DNA from: Chloroflexota bacterium
GTDB lineage: Bacteria > Chloroflexota > UBA11872 > VXNJ01
Length of the DNA stretch: 64,000 nt
Direction of reading: 5' to 3'
Assembly (NCBI GenBank): GCA_965261345.1
Contig: OZ253449.1
Coordinates: forward strand, 352,001 to 416,000
A program made the position numbers and the translations under genes. Shown piece after piece: positions 18,515 through 29,305 of this stretch. The notes below the pieces were generated by a model, which was not told where the DNA came from, did no database searches, and worked only from the letters and a program-made list of their open reading frames with translations. Numbering within the stretch: the first letter of the stretch is position 1; every line of letters begins with the position of its first letter.

Positions 18515-19445
18515 GGTGACCATCGCGGTCCCGGCCACATCGGCCAACCTGGGTCCCGGATTTGACACGTTCGGCGTCGCCCTAGACCTGCACGACCGAT
18601 ACCAGTTTGCCGAAGCGGAAGCGGTCGAGGTTTCCGCTGAGGGCATCGGGGCCGAGTTGGTTCCGCTGGACGAGACCAATCTAGCGATAACCGCCGCCCG
18701 ACAGTTGTGCGCCCGCGCCGGCGTAGATTTTTCGCACCTGCAGCTGCACGAACAACTGGCCATACCGATCCAACGTGGACTGGGATCATCGGCGGGAGCC
18801 ATTTGCGCCGGACTGCTGGCGGCCAATCTGCAGATGCCGGAACCGGTATCGATCGGCGAACTAATTGAGGTTGCAGTCGACCTGGAGGGCCATCCCGACA
18901 ATGTCGTGCCCGCCTTGCTAGGCGGATTCTGCATTGTGCTTGACACCGGCCCGCGACCGCAATGGCTGCGGCTACCGGTCCCGGCCGACCTGGTTTTCGC
19001 GATTGCCTCGCCTCAGATGCAGATCCCGACCGCCGCCGCGCGACGCATGTTGCCGCGGCGTGTTCCGTTGGCCGACGCGGTTTTCAACGTCGGACGCGCA
19101 GCCATGCTGGTGGCAGCCATAACCCAGGGCGATTACCAGATGCTAGGGGTAGCGATGGAAGACCGCCTGCATCAGCCCTACCGCTCCCAGCTGCACCCGG
19201 TAATGGACCAGATGATCGCCGCCGCGTTGGCCACCGGCGCCTACGGGGCGGCCCTTTCGGGGTCGGGTTCGACCATCATCGCCATCCACCCGGCGGGCAA
19301 TGATTCGGTAGCCCTCGCGATGCGTGCGGTCTGCGAGGCCGCCGGGGTCGCCTGTTTGGCGCGCTCGGTGGCCGCCGCCGGGGAGGGCGCCAGACAGCTG
19401 GAGGCCGAGCATCCGGCCGCCGATGCCCCGGCCGGGGACGCCTGA
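18504..19445 (+). CDS. thrB: Homoserine kinase
   Basis: VPATSANLGPGFD, RGLGSSA, EGHPDN, DRLHQPYR, LSGSG. Confidence 0.96.
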   Translation: MPSRVTIAVPATSANLGPGFDTFGVALDLHDRYQFAEAEAVEVSAEGIGAELVPLDETNLAITAARQLCARAGVDFSHLQLHEQLAIPIQRGLGSSAGAICAGLLAANLQMPEPVSIGELIEVAVDLEGHPDNVVPALLGGFCIVLDTGPRPQWLRLPVPADLVFAIASPQMQIPTAAARRMLPRRVPLADAVFNVGRAAMLVAAITQGDYQMLGVAMEDRLHQPYRSQLHPVMDQMIAAALATGAYGAALSGSGSTIIAIHPAGNDSVALAMRAVCEAAGVACLARSVAAAGEGARQLEAEHPAADAPAGDA

Positions 19446-19450
19446 CGGCC

Positions 19451-19456
19451 TATACT
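19451..19456 (+). promoter_or_regulatory. Possible -10 element of the purine operon
   Basis: TATACT about 140 nt upstream of guaA in a GC-rich context. Confidence 0.35.
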
Positions 19457-19596
19457 TGCGGGCCGGCCGATCGGCCGCCAGCTACCTTCCTTTGTGCCCC
19501 AAGGCCCGGAGCCAAGCTGATCACTACTAGATATGGTGTTCCGGCGCCTCGAATCCGCCAGGACCGGCGGGCCGCGGCCGCCGCCCGCGGCAGGTC

Positions 19597-21135
19597 ATGA
19601 GCCAACCGCCCGAAACCGTGGTGGTGCTTGACTACGGCTCGCAATACACGCCGCTGATCGCGCGCCGCATCCGCGAAGCCGAGGTCTACAGCGAAATCCT
19701 GCCGGCCAGCGCCAGTCTGGCCAATATCCATGAATGCGGTCCGGTGGGCATCGTGCTATCGGGTTCGGACTGGTCGGTATATGCGGACGGCGCGCCGCAG
19801 CTGCCCGCCGGGTTGCTCGAATGCGGCCTGCCGGTGCTGGGAATCTGCTACGGCCAGCAGTTGATCGCCCAACAGCTGGGCGGGGCGGTCGCTTCGTCAC
19901 CACGCAAGGAGTACGGCCCGGCCCTGCTCACGATCACCGACCCGCAGCATCCGTTGTTTGCCGATTTTCCTGAAAGCACCAGGGTTTGGATGAGTCACGG
20001 CGACCGGATAATACTTCCACCACCCGGGTTCGAGCAGCTAGCCCGCACCGAAAATTCGGAATGGGCGGCGCTTTCTAACGGCAACCTGACGCTGCTGCAA
20101 TTTCACCCCGAGGTTTCCCACACACAGCTGGGGCATGCCATCCTGCGGAACTTTGCCCTCAACGTCTGCCACGCCGGCGCCCGTTGGACGCCGGCGGCGT
20201 TTGTCGACCGGACGGTGGAGGAAATCGCAGCCCAGGTCGGCCGTGGAAGGGTAATTTGCGGAATCTCCGGCGGGGTTGATTCGGCGGTGGCGGCAGCCCT
20301 GACCCAGCGCGCGGTGGGCGACGCCCTGACCGGTATATTCGTCGATACGGGACTGCTTCGATTGGGCGAAATCGCCGCCGTCGAGGCGGCCCTCGCAAAT
20401 CACCTGGGAATCTCGCTGATAACCGTTGACGCCGGCGACCGCTTTTTGCAAAAGCTCGCCGGGGTCGTCGACCCTGAGACAAAGCGGGAGATCATCGGCG
20501 ACGAATTCTTTGCGGTGTTTACCGAGCAGGCCGGCCTGCTCGGCGACGCCGAACACTTTGTGCAGGGCACGATTTATCCGGACGTGATCGAAAGTGCGGC
20601 GGCCGGACTGGGATCGGCGAAGATAAAAACCCACCACAATACGCGGATCCCAGAAACCCTGAACCTAAAGGTCATCGAGCCGCTGCGTCGACTTTTCAAA
20701 GACGAGGTCCGGGCGGTCGGGCTCGAGCTCGGCCTGCCGGCCGAATTGGTCTGGCGACAACCGTTTCCCGGCCCCGGGCTGGCGGTCAGAATCATCGGCG
20801 CCATCGAGGCGGATCGCGTCAACGCGCTGCAACTGGCCGACAACATATGGTGCGAAGAAATTGCCGCCGAAGGCCTGGACCGCGCGGTCGCCCAGTACTT
20901 TGCGGTGCTCACCGGGGTGCGTACGGTCGGAGTCATGGGTGATTCGCGTAGCTACGGCGAACTGGTCGCCCTGCGGGCGGTCGATAGCGACGACTTTATG
21001 ACCGCCGATTGGTCGCGCCTTCCTGACGAACTGCTCGAACAGGCCTCGACCCGGATCGTCAACGAGGTGCCAGGGATCACCCGCGTGGTCTACGACATCA
21101 CCTCCAAACCGCCAGGGACGATCGAGTGGGAATGA
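19597..21135 (+). CDS. guaA: GMP synthase (glutamine-hydrolysing)
   Basis: LDYGSQY, GICYG, QFHPEV, SGGVDS, IKTHHN, SKPPGTIEWE. Confidence 0.98.
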   Translation: MSQPPETVVVLDYGSQYTPLIARRIREAEVYSEILPASASLANIHECGPVGIVLSGSDWSVYADGAPQLPAGLLECGLPVLGICYGQQLIAQQLGGAVASSPRKEYGPALLTITDPQHPLFADFPESTRVWMSHGDRIILPPPGFEQLARTENSEWAALSNGNLTLLQFHPEVSHTQLGHAILRNFALNVCHAGARWTPAAFVDRTVEEIAAQVGRGRVICGISGGVDSAVAAALTQRAVGDALTGIFVDTGLLRLGEIAAVEAALANHLGISLITVDAGDRFLQKLAGVVDPETKREIIGDEFFAVFTEQAGLLGDAEHFVQGTIYPDVIESAAAGLGSAKIKTHHNTRIPETLNLKVIEPLRRLFKDEVRAVGLELGLPAELVWRQPFPGPGLAVRIIGAIEADRVNALQLADNIWCEEIAAEGLDRAVAQYFAVLTGVRTVGVMGDSRSYGELVALRAVDSDDFMTADWSRLPDELLEQASTRIVNEVPGITRVVYDITSKPPGTIEWE

Positions 21136-22418
21136 GGATCCTGGTGCTGGGTGGTGGTGGGCGCGAACACGCCCTGGTTGAGCGGCTGGCCGGCGAAGGC
21201 GGGCAGATCTACTGCGCCCCCGGCAACCCCGGCACCGCGACGTTGGCCCAATCAGTGGCGATCGATCCCGGATCGGCGGCGGAAGTAGCGACCTGGTCCC
21301 AGCGCAACGGGATCGAACTGGTGGTCTGCGGACCGGAAGGACCGCTGGCGGCTGGCGTCGGCGATACCCTGCGCGAAAACGGAACAGCCTTCCTGGGTCC
21401 GTCGAGGGCGCCCGCCCGCCTGGAAACCTCCAAAATATTTGCCAAGGAATTCATGCAACGGGAGGGCATCGCCACCGCCCGCGGAAGCGCTTTTGGTCGG
21501 ATCGGCCCTGCGCTGGCCCATCTGCAGGACTGCGCCTTTCCGGTGGTGATCAAGGCCGACGGCCTCGCCGCCGGAAAGGGCGTAACGATTGCCCGCAACA
21601 TTGGTGAAGCCGAAGCGGCGGTTTCGGCGGCGCTGGTCGACAGGGCCTTCGGCGCCGCCGGGGCGCGTGTGTTAGTTGAGGAATTCCTGCCCGGCCGCGA
21701 GCTTTCGGCCTTTTGCCTCACCGACGGCCGGGATCTGGTTATGCTGCCGTTTGCGCGCGATTACAAACGGGCCCACGACGGCGATCGGGGGCCCAACACC
21801 GGTTCGATGGGCAGCTGCGCCGGGCCATTGGGGCCGGGTCATCGGCGGTTGGCAGCACGGATCGAAACCGAAGTCTTCACCCCGGCGATCACCGCCCTGG
21901 CGCGTGCCGGAACTCCCTACGTAGGGTTTTTGTACGCCGGCCTGGTTCTAACCGAGCAGGGGCCCAAGGTGCTCGAATTCAACGCCCGCCTGGGCGACCC
22001 CGAGGCGCAGACCATCCTGCGCCTAATAACCGGCGAATTTGCCAGGGCCTGCCAGTTGGCCGCGACCGGACACCTGGCGGACGCGGTCATCGGCCAGCGC
22101 GGCGGATATTCGGTCTGCGTTGCGGTCGCCTCCGGCGGTTATCCAGGCGCCTATCGGACCGGCCACCCAATTTCGATCGACGATGCCCGCCTGGCTGCCA
22201 GCCGGGCATCGCTCTTTCACGCCGGAACCGCCTGTCGGGCGGGGCAGCTGGTGAGCGCGGGCGGGCGAGTGTTCTCGGTGGTCGCCGATGGCGATACCCT
22301 GGCCGACGCGCGTGAGCGCACCTACGCCGGGTTATCAGCGATAAGTTTTGCCAGGATGGAGTTTCGCAGTGACATCGCCGCCGAAGCGCTGGACCTTCCG
22401 GACCAACCCCGGGGATAA
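21132..22418 (+). CDS. purD: Phosphoribosylamine-glycine ligase
   Basis: LGGGGREHA, KADGLAAGKGV, GPNTGSMG, EFNARLGDPE. Confidence 0.97.
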   Translation: MRILVLGGGGREHALVERLAGEGGQIYCAPGNPGTATLAQSVAIDPGSAAEVATWSQRNGIELVVCGPEGPLAAGVGDTLRENGTAFLGPSRAPARLETSKIFAKEFMQREGIATARGSAFGRIGPALAHLQDCAFPVVIKADGLAAGKGVTIARNIGEAEAAVSAALVDRAFGAAGARVLVEEFLPGRELSAFCLTDGRDLVMLPFARDYKRAHDGDRGPNTGSMGSCAGPLGPGHRRLAARIETEVFTPAITALARAGTPYVGFLYAGLVLTEQGPKVLEFNARLGDPEAQTILRLITGEFARACQLAATGHLADAVIGQRGGYSVCVAVASGGYPGAYRTGHPISIDDARLAASRASLFHAGTACRAGQLVSAGGRVFSVVADGDTLADARERTYAGLSAISFARMEFRSDIAAEALDLPDQPRG

Positions 22419-22424
22419 GCCGAC

Positions 22425-23759
22425 ATGATCCCTCGTTACACCCGCCCCGAGATGGCAGCGATCTGGAACCGGCAAGCCTACTTCGAGTACCAGCTGCAGG
22501 TTGAGCTCGCAGTCGTTGCGGCCTGGGCGACGATCGGACGGATACCGCCGGCCGATGCCGGCCTAATCGCTAACGCCAGTTTCACGCTTGCCCGCATCGA
22601 CGAACTTGAGCGGGTCGCCGACCACGAAACCAACGCTTTTGTTACCGCCCTCGCCGAAAGCCTGGGCCCTGAATCGCGCTGGCTGCACCTGGGGCTGACC
22701 TCGTCGGACGTGCTCGATACCGCCCAGGGCCTGCAGATGCGCGCCACGCTAGATCAGATCCTTAGGCGTCTGGACTCGGTTCTGGAACCGTTGACCGCAC
22801 TGGCGCTAGAGCACCGCAGCACACCGATGATCGGGCGCTCGCACGGAATGCACGCTGAACCGATCAGTTTCGGATTCAAGCTCGCCAATTGGATTGCCGA
22901 ATTGGGCCGCAACCGAGTGCGGTTGGAGGCGGCGCGCGCAACCGTCGCCGTCGGCAAGATCGCCGGTTCGGTGGGAACCCACGCCAATATCCCGCCGATG
23001 GTGGAGGAATTGACCTGCAAGGCGCTGGGGCTTTCCGCCGCCGCGGTTGCAACCCAAATCCTCTCCCGCGACCGCCATGCGGAAATGCTCTCGGCCCTGG
23101 CGGTAACGGCCAGTTCGCTAGACAAGTTCGCAACCGAGATCCGGCTCCTTCAGCGCAGCGAGGTAGCCGAGGTGGAAGAGCCGTTCGAGCAATCCCGGCA
23201 CGGCTCCTCGTCGATGCCGCACAAGCGTAATCCGGCCCGTTCGGAAAGGATTTCGGGGCTGGCCCGGGTGGTACGCTCTAACGCCCAGGCTGGATTTGAA
23301 AATGTGGCCCTCTGGCATGAACGCGACATATCCCACAGCTCGGCCGAACGAGTGATCGTGGCCGATTCGACCACCCTGCTCGATTACATGCTCTATCTGT
23401 TCGGCACGATCATCAAGGACTTGGCGGTCTATCCTGCGCAGATGCTCAAAAACCTCGAACTAAGCCGCGGCCAGATCTATTCGCAGGGGGTGATGCTGGC
23501 GCTTGTCGAAGCCGGGGTCAATCGCCAGGAAGCCTATGAAATCGTGCGCGAAATGTGCCATCGAGCGGCCAGCGAGGGCAAGCACCTGCGCGATCTGGCG
23601 GGCCACCACGCAACGATTGGCAAATACCTCGACGGCGCAGCTGTCGCCGCGTTGTTTGACCACCGGAGCCACCTAAAACATGTCGATACCGCGTTCCAGA
23701 GGCTGGGATTGATCTCGGCCGACGGGGCACTACCCAAATCAGTGAAAGTGGACGGATGA
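22425..23759 (+). CDS. purB: Adenylosuccinate lyase
   Basis: MIPRY, HLGLTSSD, GRSHGMHAEP, GSSSMPHKRNP, WHERDISHSS. Confidence 0.98.
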   Translation: MIPRYTRPEMAAIWNRQAYFEYQLQVELAVVAAWATIGRIPPADAGLIANASFTLARIDELERVADHETNAFVTALAESLGPESRWLHLGLTSSDVLDTAQGLQMRATLDQILRRLDSVLEPLTALALEHRSTPMIGRSHGMHAEPISFGFKLANWIAELGRNRVRLEAARATVAVGKIAGSVGTHANIPPMVEELTCKALGLSAAAVATQILSRDRHAEMLSALAVTASSLDKFATEIRLLQRSEVAEVEEPFEQSRHGSSSMPHKRNPARSERISGLARVVRSNAQAGFENVALWHERDISHSSAERVIVADSTTLLDYMLYLFGTIIKDLAVYPAQMLKNLELSRGQIYSQGVMLALVEAGVNRQEAYEIVREMCHRAASEGKHLRDLAGHHATIGKYLDGAAVAALFDHRSHLKHVDTAFQRLGLISADGALPKSVKVDG

Positions 23760-24664
23760 CAAATACCGCGCACAGCGATTCGAAGCCGCCGGGTCTGGAG
23801 CTGCTCACGCAGGGCAAGGTTCGCGACATCTACGCCGTTTCAGATCGCGAACTACTGCTCGTTACCAGCGACCGCATATCGGCCTTCGACGTGGTTCTGC
23901 CCGAGGCGATCCCGGGCAAAGGGGCGGTGCTCAACCAATTGGCGGCCTATTGGTTGGAACGGACCCGGCACATCATCGACAACCACCTGCTGGAAACCGA
24001 TGTGGCGGCGATGGGGCTGCCGCCCGGCTGCAACCTGTCGGCGCTGGCTGGGCGCTCGATGCTGGTCCGGCGCACCCGGCCGATATTGGTCGAATGCGTC
24101 GCCCGTGGCTACATAACCGGATCGGCGTGGAAGGAATACCTGGCCTCGGGGACGGTCTGCGGCCTCGCCCTGCCGCCCGGGATGGCTGAAGCGCAGAAAC
24201 TGCCGCAGCCGATTTTTACGCCTGCCACCAAGGCCCAGACCGGGCATGACGAGAACATATCGTTTGAACAGATGGAGTCGCTGGTCGGAGCGGAACTGGC
24301 CGCCAGGCTGCGCGCCACGACGCTGGCGCTCTATGAATTCGGGCACGATCACGCGGCCGCGCGCGGGATCATCCTGGCCGACACCAAGTTCGAATTCGGC
24401 CTATTTGATGGCCAACTGCTGCTCATCGACGAGGTGCTAACTCCCGATTCGTCGCGATTCTGGGACGCCGGCGAATACGCGGTCGGCTCCTCGCCCCCAA
24501 GTTACGACAAGCAATTCGTGCGCGACTGGCTGGTTGCGGCTGGCTGGGACCAGAACCCGCCCGCGCCACCGCTGCCCGCCGATATCATCGCCGCCACAGC
24601 CGAGAAGTACGCGCAGGCGCTCTCGCTGATTGCCGCGCCGGGACCGACATGCCCAAGTACCTAG
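23756..24664 (+). CDS. purC: SAICAR synthetase
   Basis: GKVRDIY, SDRISAFD, ADTKFEFG, DEVLTPDSSRFW, DKQFVRDW. Confidence 0.98.
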   Translation: MTNTAHSDSKPPGLELLTQGKVRDIYAVSDRELLLVTSDRISAFDVVLPEAIPGKGAVLNQLAAYWLERTRHIIDNHLLETDVAAMGLPPGCNLSALAGRSMLVRRTRPILVECVARGYITGSAWKEYLASGTVCGLALPPGMAEAQKLPQPIFTPATKAQTGHDENISFEQMESLVGAELAARLRATTLALYEFGHDHAAARGIILADTKFEFGLFDGQLLLIDEVLTPDSSRFWDAGEYAVGSSPPSYDKQFVRDWLVAAGWDQNPPAPPLPADIIAATAEKYAQALSLIAAPGPTCPST

Positions 24665-24903
24665 CCAGGATCGATGTCCGCCTGCAGGCGGATGTAAACG
24701 ACCCGCCCGGCAACACCGTCGCCGAGGCGCTCCGGCAGCTGGGCTTTGGCGGGGTTGGCAATGTCCGGATCGGCAAGCTGATCGAGGTCGAACTGGAGGC
24801 TGCTGATCGCGCTGCGGCCGAAGCCGTGGCCGCCGCTATGGCCGAGCGCCTGCTGGCCAATCCGGTAATTGAGGATCACGCAATCGCCATCCGGCCGGCC
24901 TAG
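24649..24903 (+). CDS. purS: FGAM synthase subunit PurS
   Basis: DPPG, VRIGK, LLANPVIE; 84 aa. Confidence 0.95.
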   Translation: MPKYLARIDVRLQADVNDPPGNTVAEALRQLGFGGVGNVRIGKLIEVELEAADRAAAEAVAAAMAERLLANPVIEDHAIAIRPA

Positions 24904-24906
24904 CTC

Positions 24907-25608
24907 ATGAAAGCGGCGGTTCTGGTTTTTCCCGGTTCCAATTGTGACCGCGATGCCCGCCGTGCCATCGCCGCCTCCGGGCGCTTTGCCGCCGATCTGG
25001 TATCTCACCGGCAAAGCGATCTGAGTGGCTACGACCTGGTCGTCCTCCCTGGGGGATTTGCTCATGGCGATTACCTGCGAGCGGGGTCGATCGCCCGATT
25101 TTCGCCCTGCATGCGCGCGGTCGCCGAGGCTGCGAGCGCCGGAGTGCCGGTCCTGGGGATCTGCAACGGATTCCAGATCTTGCTGGAATCCGGTCTCCTG
25201 CCGGGGGCGATGTTGACCAACATCAACACCCACTTCCGTCACTCCTGGATAAACGTTTCCTGTCCCAACCCGGCGACCGCGTTCAGCCAGGCTATCGCCC
25301 CGGACCGCGTGCTGCGGCTCATCATCGCCCACGGCCAGGGCAACTATTTTGCCGATTCCGAACTACTCGCCCGGCTGGAAGGCGAGGGCCAGATCGTTTT
25401 CCGATACTGCGCCCCCGACGGGCGAGCGGACGCACAATCTAATCCCAACGGGTCGCTTAACAACATCGCCGGAGTCTGCAACCGGACACGCAATGTGGTA
25501 GGGCTAATGCCCCATCCGGAGCGGGCCAGTGACGTGGCGTTGGGGTCAGATGACGGGATTTCGATCTGGCAGTCGGCGGCCGAATGGCTGGTCCGGGGGA
25601 ATTCTTGA
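24907..25608 (+). CDS. purQ: FGAM synthase subunit PurQ
   Basis: FPGSNCD, PGGFAHGDYLR, GICNGFQ, MPHPER. Confidence 0.97.
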   Translation: MKAAVLVFPGSNCDRDARRAIAASGRFAADLVSHRQSDLSGYDLVVLPGGFAHGDYLRAGSIARFSPCMRAVAEAASAGVPVLGICNGFQILLESGLLPGAMLTNINTHFRHSWINVSCPNPATAFSQAIAPDRVLRLIIAHGQGNYFADSELLARLEGEGQIVFRYCAPDGRADAQSNPNGSLNNIAGVCNRTRNVVGLMPHPERASDVALGSDDGISIWQSAAEWLVRGNS

Positions 25609-27800
25609 CCCCCAGATCGGCGCAGTTGCGGGCGGTCTCTATGACCGAAGCCGAATACCGGCGCGCCCGTGCCCTGCTGGGTCGGGACCTAAATGAGTTG
25701 GAACTGGGAATTTTCGGGGCGCTTTGGAGCGAACACTGCGGTTACAAGCACTCGCGACCCCTGCTCGCCCGTTTGCCAGCCGACTCGGAGCGCATGCTGG
25801 TCGGGGCCGGCGAGGAGAACGCCGGTGTTATCGACGTGGGCGAGGGGATAGCCTGCGTATTCAAGATCGAGAGCCACAATCACCCCAGCGCGGTCGAACC
25901 GGTTGAGGGCGCGGCCACCGGGGTCGGCGGAATAATCCGTGACATCTTCACGATGGGGGCGCGACCGGTGGCGTTACTCGATTCGCTGCGCTTCGGCCCG
26001 CTTGGCGACGACCGCAACCGCTATCTGGCCAACGGGATAGTGGCCGGAATCGGCCACTATGGCAATTGCGTGGGGATACCCACGGTTGGTGGCGACATCG
26101 CTGTCGGGGACTGTTACGCCGGAAACCCGCTGGTAAACGCCATGTGCGTCGGGCTCATGCGGCATGACCAACTCACCCGGGCGATCGCCTCCGGGGAGGG
26201 CAATCCGTTGCTCTTAGTCGGCACCGAGACCGGCCGCGACGGGGTCCACGGGGCCACTTTTGCTTCGCTTGAAGACCCTGAGCATTCGGCTCGCGGGGTA
26301 GTCCAGGTCGGCAACCCGTTCATGGAAAAACTGCTAATCGAAGCTTGCTTGCAACTCCTTGCCGGCGATGCCGTAGTCGGCCTACAAGACCTTGGCGCGG
26401 CCGGATTGACCAGCGCCAGTGTGGAGGCGGCTGGCCGCAGCGGAGCAGGGATTACCATCGACGTGGCCAAGGTGCCGCGCCGCACTCGCGGACTGTCGGG
26501 TTACGAGGTAATGCTCTCCGAGAGCCAGGAACGGATGCTGGTCATCGCCAAGGCCGGACGTGAGGTCGAGGTGATGTCCGAATTTGCCGCCTTCGGATTG
26601 CACTGCGCCCAGATCGGCCAGGTCACCGGCGACGGGCAACTGCACGTGAGCGAGAACGGTCGACAGCTGGCCCGGATCCCGATTACCCACCTCCTCAACG
26701 CGCCCGAATACCGCCTGCCCATAGAGCCTCCCGGCTACCTCGACCGCGTCCAGCAGTTACCCCCGGCCGAGCGCACCGCCAGCATCGACCCAGCCAGCGA
26801 TCTGCTCAGCCTATTGAAAAGTCCCAACATCGCCAGCAGCCAGGTTATCTGGGAAACCTACGACCAGACCGTGGGAACCGAAACCGTCCGCGCTGGCGGG
26901 GGCGACGCGGCGATCGTGCGGATTGACGGCAGCAACCGGGCACTTGCCCTGTGCACGGCCGGCAACTCGCGCTTTACTTACCTCGATCCCGAGGCCGGCG
27001 GGGCGCTGGCAGTGGCCGCGGCCGCCCGCGCGGTGGTCTGCGCCGGCGCCCGACCGCTGGCGATTACCAATTGCCTCAATTTCGGATCCCCGACCCAGAG
27101 CCCGGTCTACTACCAGCTGGCCGCCGCCATCGATGGAATGGCCGAGGCCTGCCGCACCCTGGGCCTGGGTGTTACCGGCGGCAACGTATCGCTGTTTAAC
27201 GAGTCGGCCGGTGAGCAGATCTGGCCCACGCCGGTAATCGGGATGCTGGGCCTAATCGACGACCTCTCCTCGGCGGTGGTCCACTTCTCCCTTCAAGCCG
27301 GCCGCCATCTCCTGCTGCTCGGCTGCCAGTCGGCCGGCCTTGCCGGCAGCGAGTATCTCGCCCACTGCCGCGGCATGGTCGCCGGCCAACCGGCGATTGA
27401 CCTGGAATATGAGCGACGCCTACAGGCCTGTTTTTTGGAAATCGCCCAAAGCGGGGCGGAATTGTCCGCTCGCTGCCCCTATCGCGGCGGCCTGGCGGTG
27501 ACCGCCGTCGAAATGGCCATCGAAGGCTGCGTTGGACTGTTACTAGACAATCTGCCGGCCGGGCCGGTCGAAGAGGTGCTTTTCGGCGAGGCCGCCAGCC
27601 GCATCCTGCTTGCCACCAACGACGATGGGTTGGTTGCCGCCCAGGCCGCAGCCACGCGTTGGGCGGTGGATCTGTCGGTCCTGGGCCGGGCACAAGAATC
27701 GAAGTGGATCCAGATTGGGAATCTGGTGGACATTGACCTGACCGCGGCGGAATCGGCCTGGCGCGGAGGTCTGGCCAACGCCTTGGCCGGAACCGGCTAG
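25605..27800 (+). CDS. purL: FGAM synthase subunit PurL (small type)
   Basis: WSEHCGYK, ESHNHPS, QDLGAAG, SESQERM, TGGNVS. TTG start overlaps the purQ stop. Confidence 0.97.
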   Translation: MTPRSAQLRAVSMTEAEYRRARALLGRDLNELELGIFGALWSEHCGYKHSRPLLARLPADSERMLVGAGEENAGVIDVGEGIACVFKIESHNHPSAVEPVEGAATGVGGIIRDIFTMGARPVALLDSLRFGPLGDDRNRYLANGIVAGIGHYGNCVGIPTVGGDIAVGDCYAGNPLVNAMCVGLMRHDQLTRAIASGEGNPLLLVGTETGRDGVHGATFASLEDPEHSARGVVQVGNPFMEKLLIEACLQLLAGDAVVGLQDLGAAGLTSASVEAAGRSGAGITIDVAKVPRRTRGLSGYEVMLSESQERMLVIAKAGREVEVMSEFAAFGLHCAQIGQVTGDGQLHVSENGRQLARIPITHLLNAPEYRLPIEPPGYLDRVQQLPPAERTASIDPASDLLSLLKSPNIASSQVIWETYDQTVGTETVRAGGGDAAIVRIDGSNRALALCTAGNSRFTYLDPEAGGALAVAAAARAVVCAGARPLAITNCLNFGSPTQSPVYYQLAAAIDGMAEACRTLGLGVTGGNVSLFNESAGEQIWPTPVIGMLGLIDDLSSAVVHFSLQAGRHLLLLGCQSAGLAGSEYLAHCRGMVAGQPAIDLEYERRLQACFLEIAQSGAELSARCPYRGGLAVTAVEMAIEGCVGLLLDNLPAGPVEEVLFGEAASRILLATNDDGLVAAQAAATRWAVDLSVLGRAQESKWIQIGNLVDIDLTAAESAWRGGLANALAGTG

Positions 27801-27880
27801 CTTCTAGAATGGATCTGCCGACGGGAGACCGGAAGGTCGGGAGAATCGCCGCCGCGAACCAATACTGGTTCAATCCGCAA

Positions 27881-29305
27881 ATGCGCTCATTTGCCGAAGA
27901 GTGCGGCGTTTTTGGCGTTTACGCGCCAGGTCATGAAGTTGCGCGCCGAACCTACTTTGCCCTCTATACCCTGCAGCACCGTGGGCAGGAGAGTTCGGGC
28001 ATCGCCGTCAGCGACGGCACCGCCCTCAAGGTCCACAAGCGCATGGGCCTGGTTTCGCAGGTCTACGACAACGAAACCCTCTCGCAATTAACAGGGGATC
28101 TGGCGATTGGCCACAATCGCTATTCCACGACCGGTTCGAGCCGGATCGAAAACGCCCAGCCGATCATCACCGAGACCGAATTTGGACCGCTGGCGGTCGT
28201 CCACAACGGCAATCTGACCAACGCCCGGCAATTGCGCAGCGGGCTGCTCGCCACCGGGCAGCAAATCAACGGGACATCGGACACCGAGCTGATCCTCGCG
28301 CTGGTAGCTAACGCTCCGGGAGCCGATCCGGTATCGAAGGTGGCAAACGGGGTATCGCAGCTGGAAGGCTCGTTCTCGCTGGTGTTTATGACCCGCGATT
28401 CCTTAATCGCCGTTCGCGACCGCCTTGGAAATCGTCCACTGTGCCTTGGCCGGCTGGGCGACAGCACCATGGTGGCCTCTGAATCCTGCGCCTTTGCCAC
28501 GCTCGACGCCCACTTCGAGCGCGACGTGCAGGCCGGCGAAATCGTGGTCATTAACGACTCCGGCACCACCACCGTAAGCCTCAATCACCACCCGCCGGAG
28601 GCACTCTGCCTGTTTGAGTACATCTATTTCGCGCGACCCGATTCCGACATCGAGGGCGTGAACCTGTACAAGGCCCGGCAGGAAATGGGCCGCGCCTTGG
28701 CCCGGCAGGACCCGGTGGACGCCGACCTGGTAATAGGCATTCCCGACTCGGCCACAGCGGCGGCGATCGGGTACGCCGAACAGGCCGGGATTCCCTACGG
28801 CGAAGGATTGGCCAAGAGTCGATACATCGGGCGCACCTTCATCGAACCCGACGACCAGATTCGCAAGCTGGGCATAAAACTCAAGCTAAACGCCCTGCCG
28901 GCGATCACCGCCGGCAAGCGCTTGGTCGTAGTTGACGATTCGATCGTTCGCGGGAACACCACCCGCGAGATCGTCCGGCATCTCAAGCAGGATGGCAAGG
29001 CCGCCGCGGTGCACATGCGCATCTCCTCCCCGCCGGTCCGCTGGCCCTGTTTCTACGGAGTGGACATCTCCGAACCCAGGCAGCTGATAGCCCACGCCTA
29101 TACCGTGCGGCAGATTTGTGAGAGCATAGGCGCCGATTCGCTTTCCTATCTGAGCCTTTCCGCCTTGATCGCCGCGGTCGAGGCCCCGCGGGCGCGGCTG
29201 TGCACCGGGTGCTTTACCCACGACTACCCAGTTCCCGAGAGTCCGGGGATGGACCGGTTGACATCCGGGGCGTCCGGATTGGCAGCCCCCGCGCTGGTTG
29301 GATAA
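27881..29305 (+). CDS. purF: Amidophosphoribosyltransferase (Fe-S type)
   Basis: EECGVFG, QHRGQE, GHNRYST, VDDSIVRG, PCFYG, CTGC. Start is ATG 27881 (alternative 27809). Confidence 0.97.
   Translation: MRSFAEECGVFGVYAPGHEVARRTYFALYTLQHRGQESSGIAVSDGTALKVHKRMGLVSQVYDNETLSQLTGDLAIGHNRYSTTGSSRIENAQPIITETEFGPLAVVHNGNLTNARQLRSGLLATGQQINGTSDTELILALVANAPGADPVSKVANGVSQLEGSFSLVFMTRDSLIAVRDRLGNRPLCLGRLGDSTMVASESCAFATLDAHFERDVQAGEIVVINDSGTTTVSLNHHPPEALCLFEYIYFARPDSDIEGVNLYKARQEMGRALARQDPVDADLVIGIPDSATAAAIGYAEQAGIPYGEGLAKSRYIGRTFIEPDDQIRKLGIKLKLNALPAITAGKRLVVVDDSIVRGNTTREIVRHLKQDGKAAAVHMRISSPPVRWPCFYGVDISEPRQLIAHAYTVRQICESIGADSLSYLSLSALIAAVEAPRARLCTGCFTHDYPVPESPGMDRLTSGASGLAAPALVG

Noticed and set aside
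27801-27880. Hairpins upstream of purF (CCGAC/GTCGG; GAACCA/TGGTTC) as a ZTP or purine riboswitch
   Set aside because: No aptamer consensus, the stems are short, and the region may be coding from ATG 27809.
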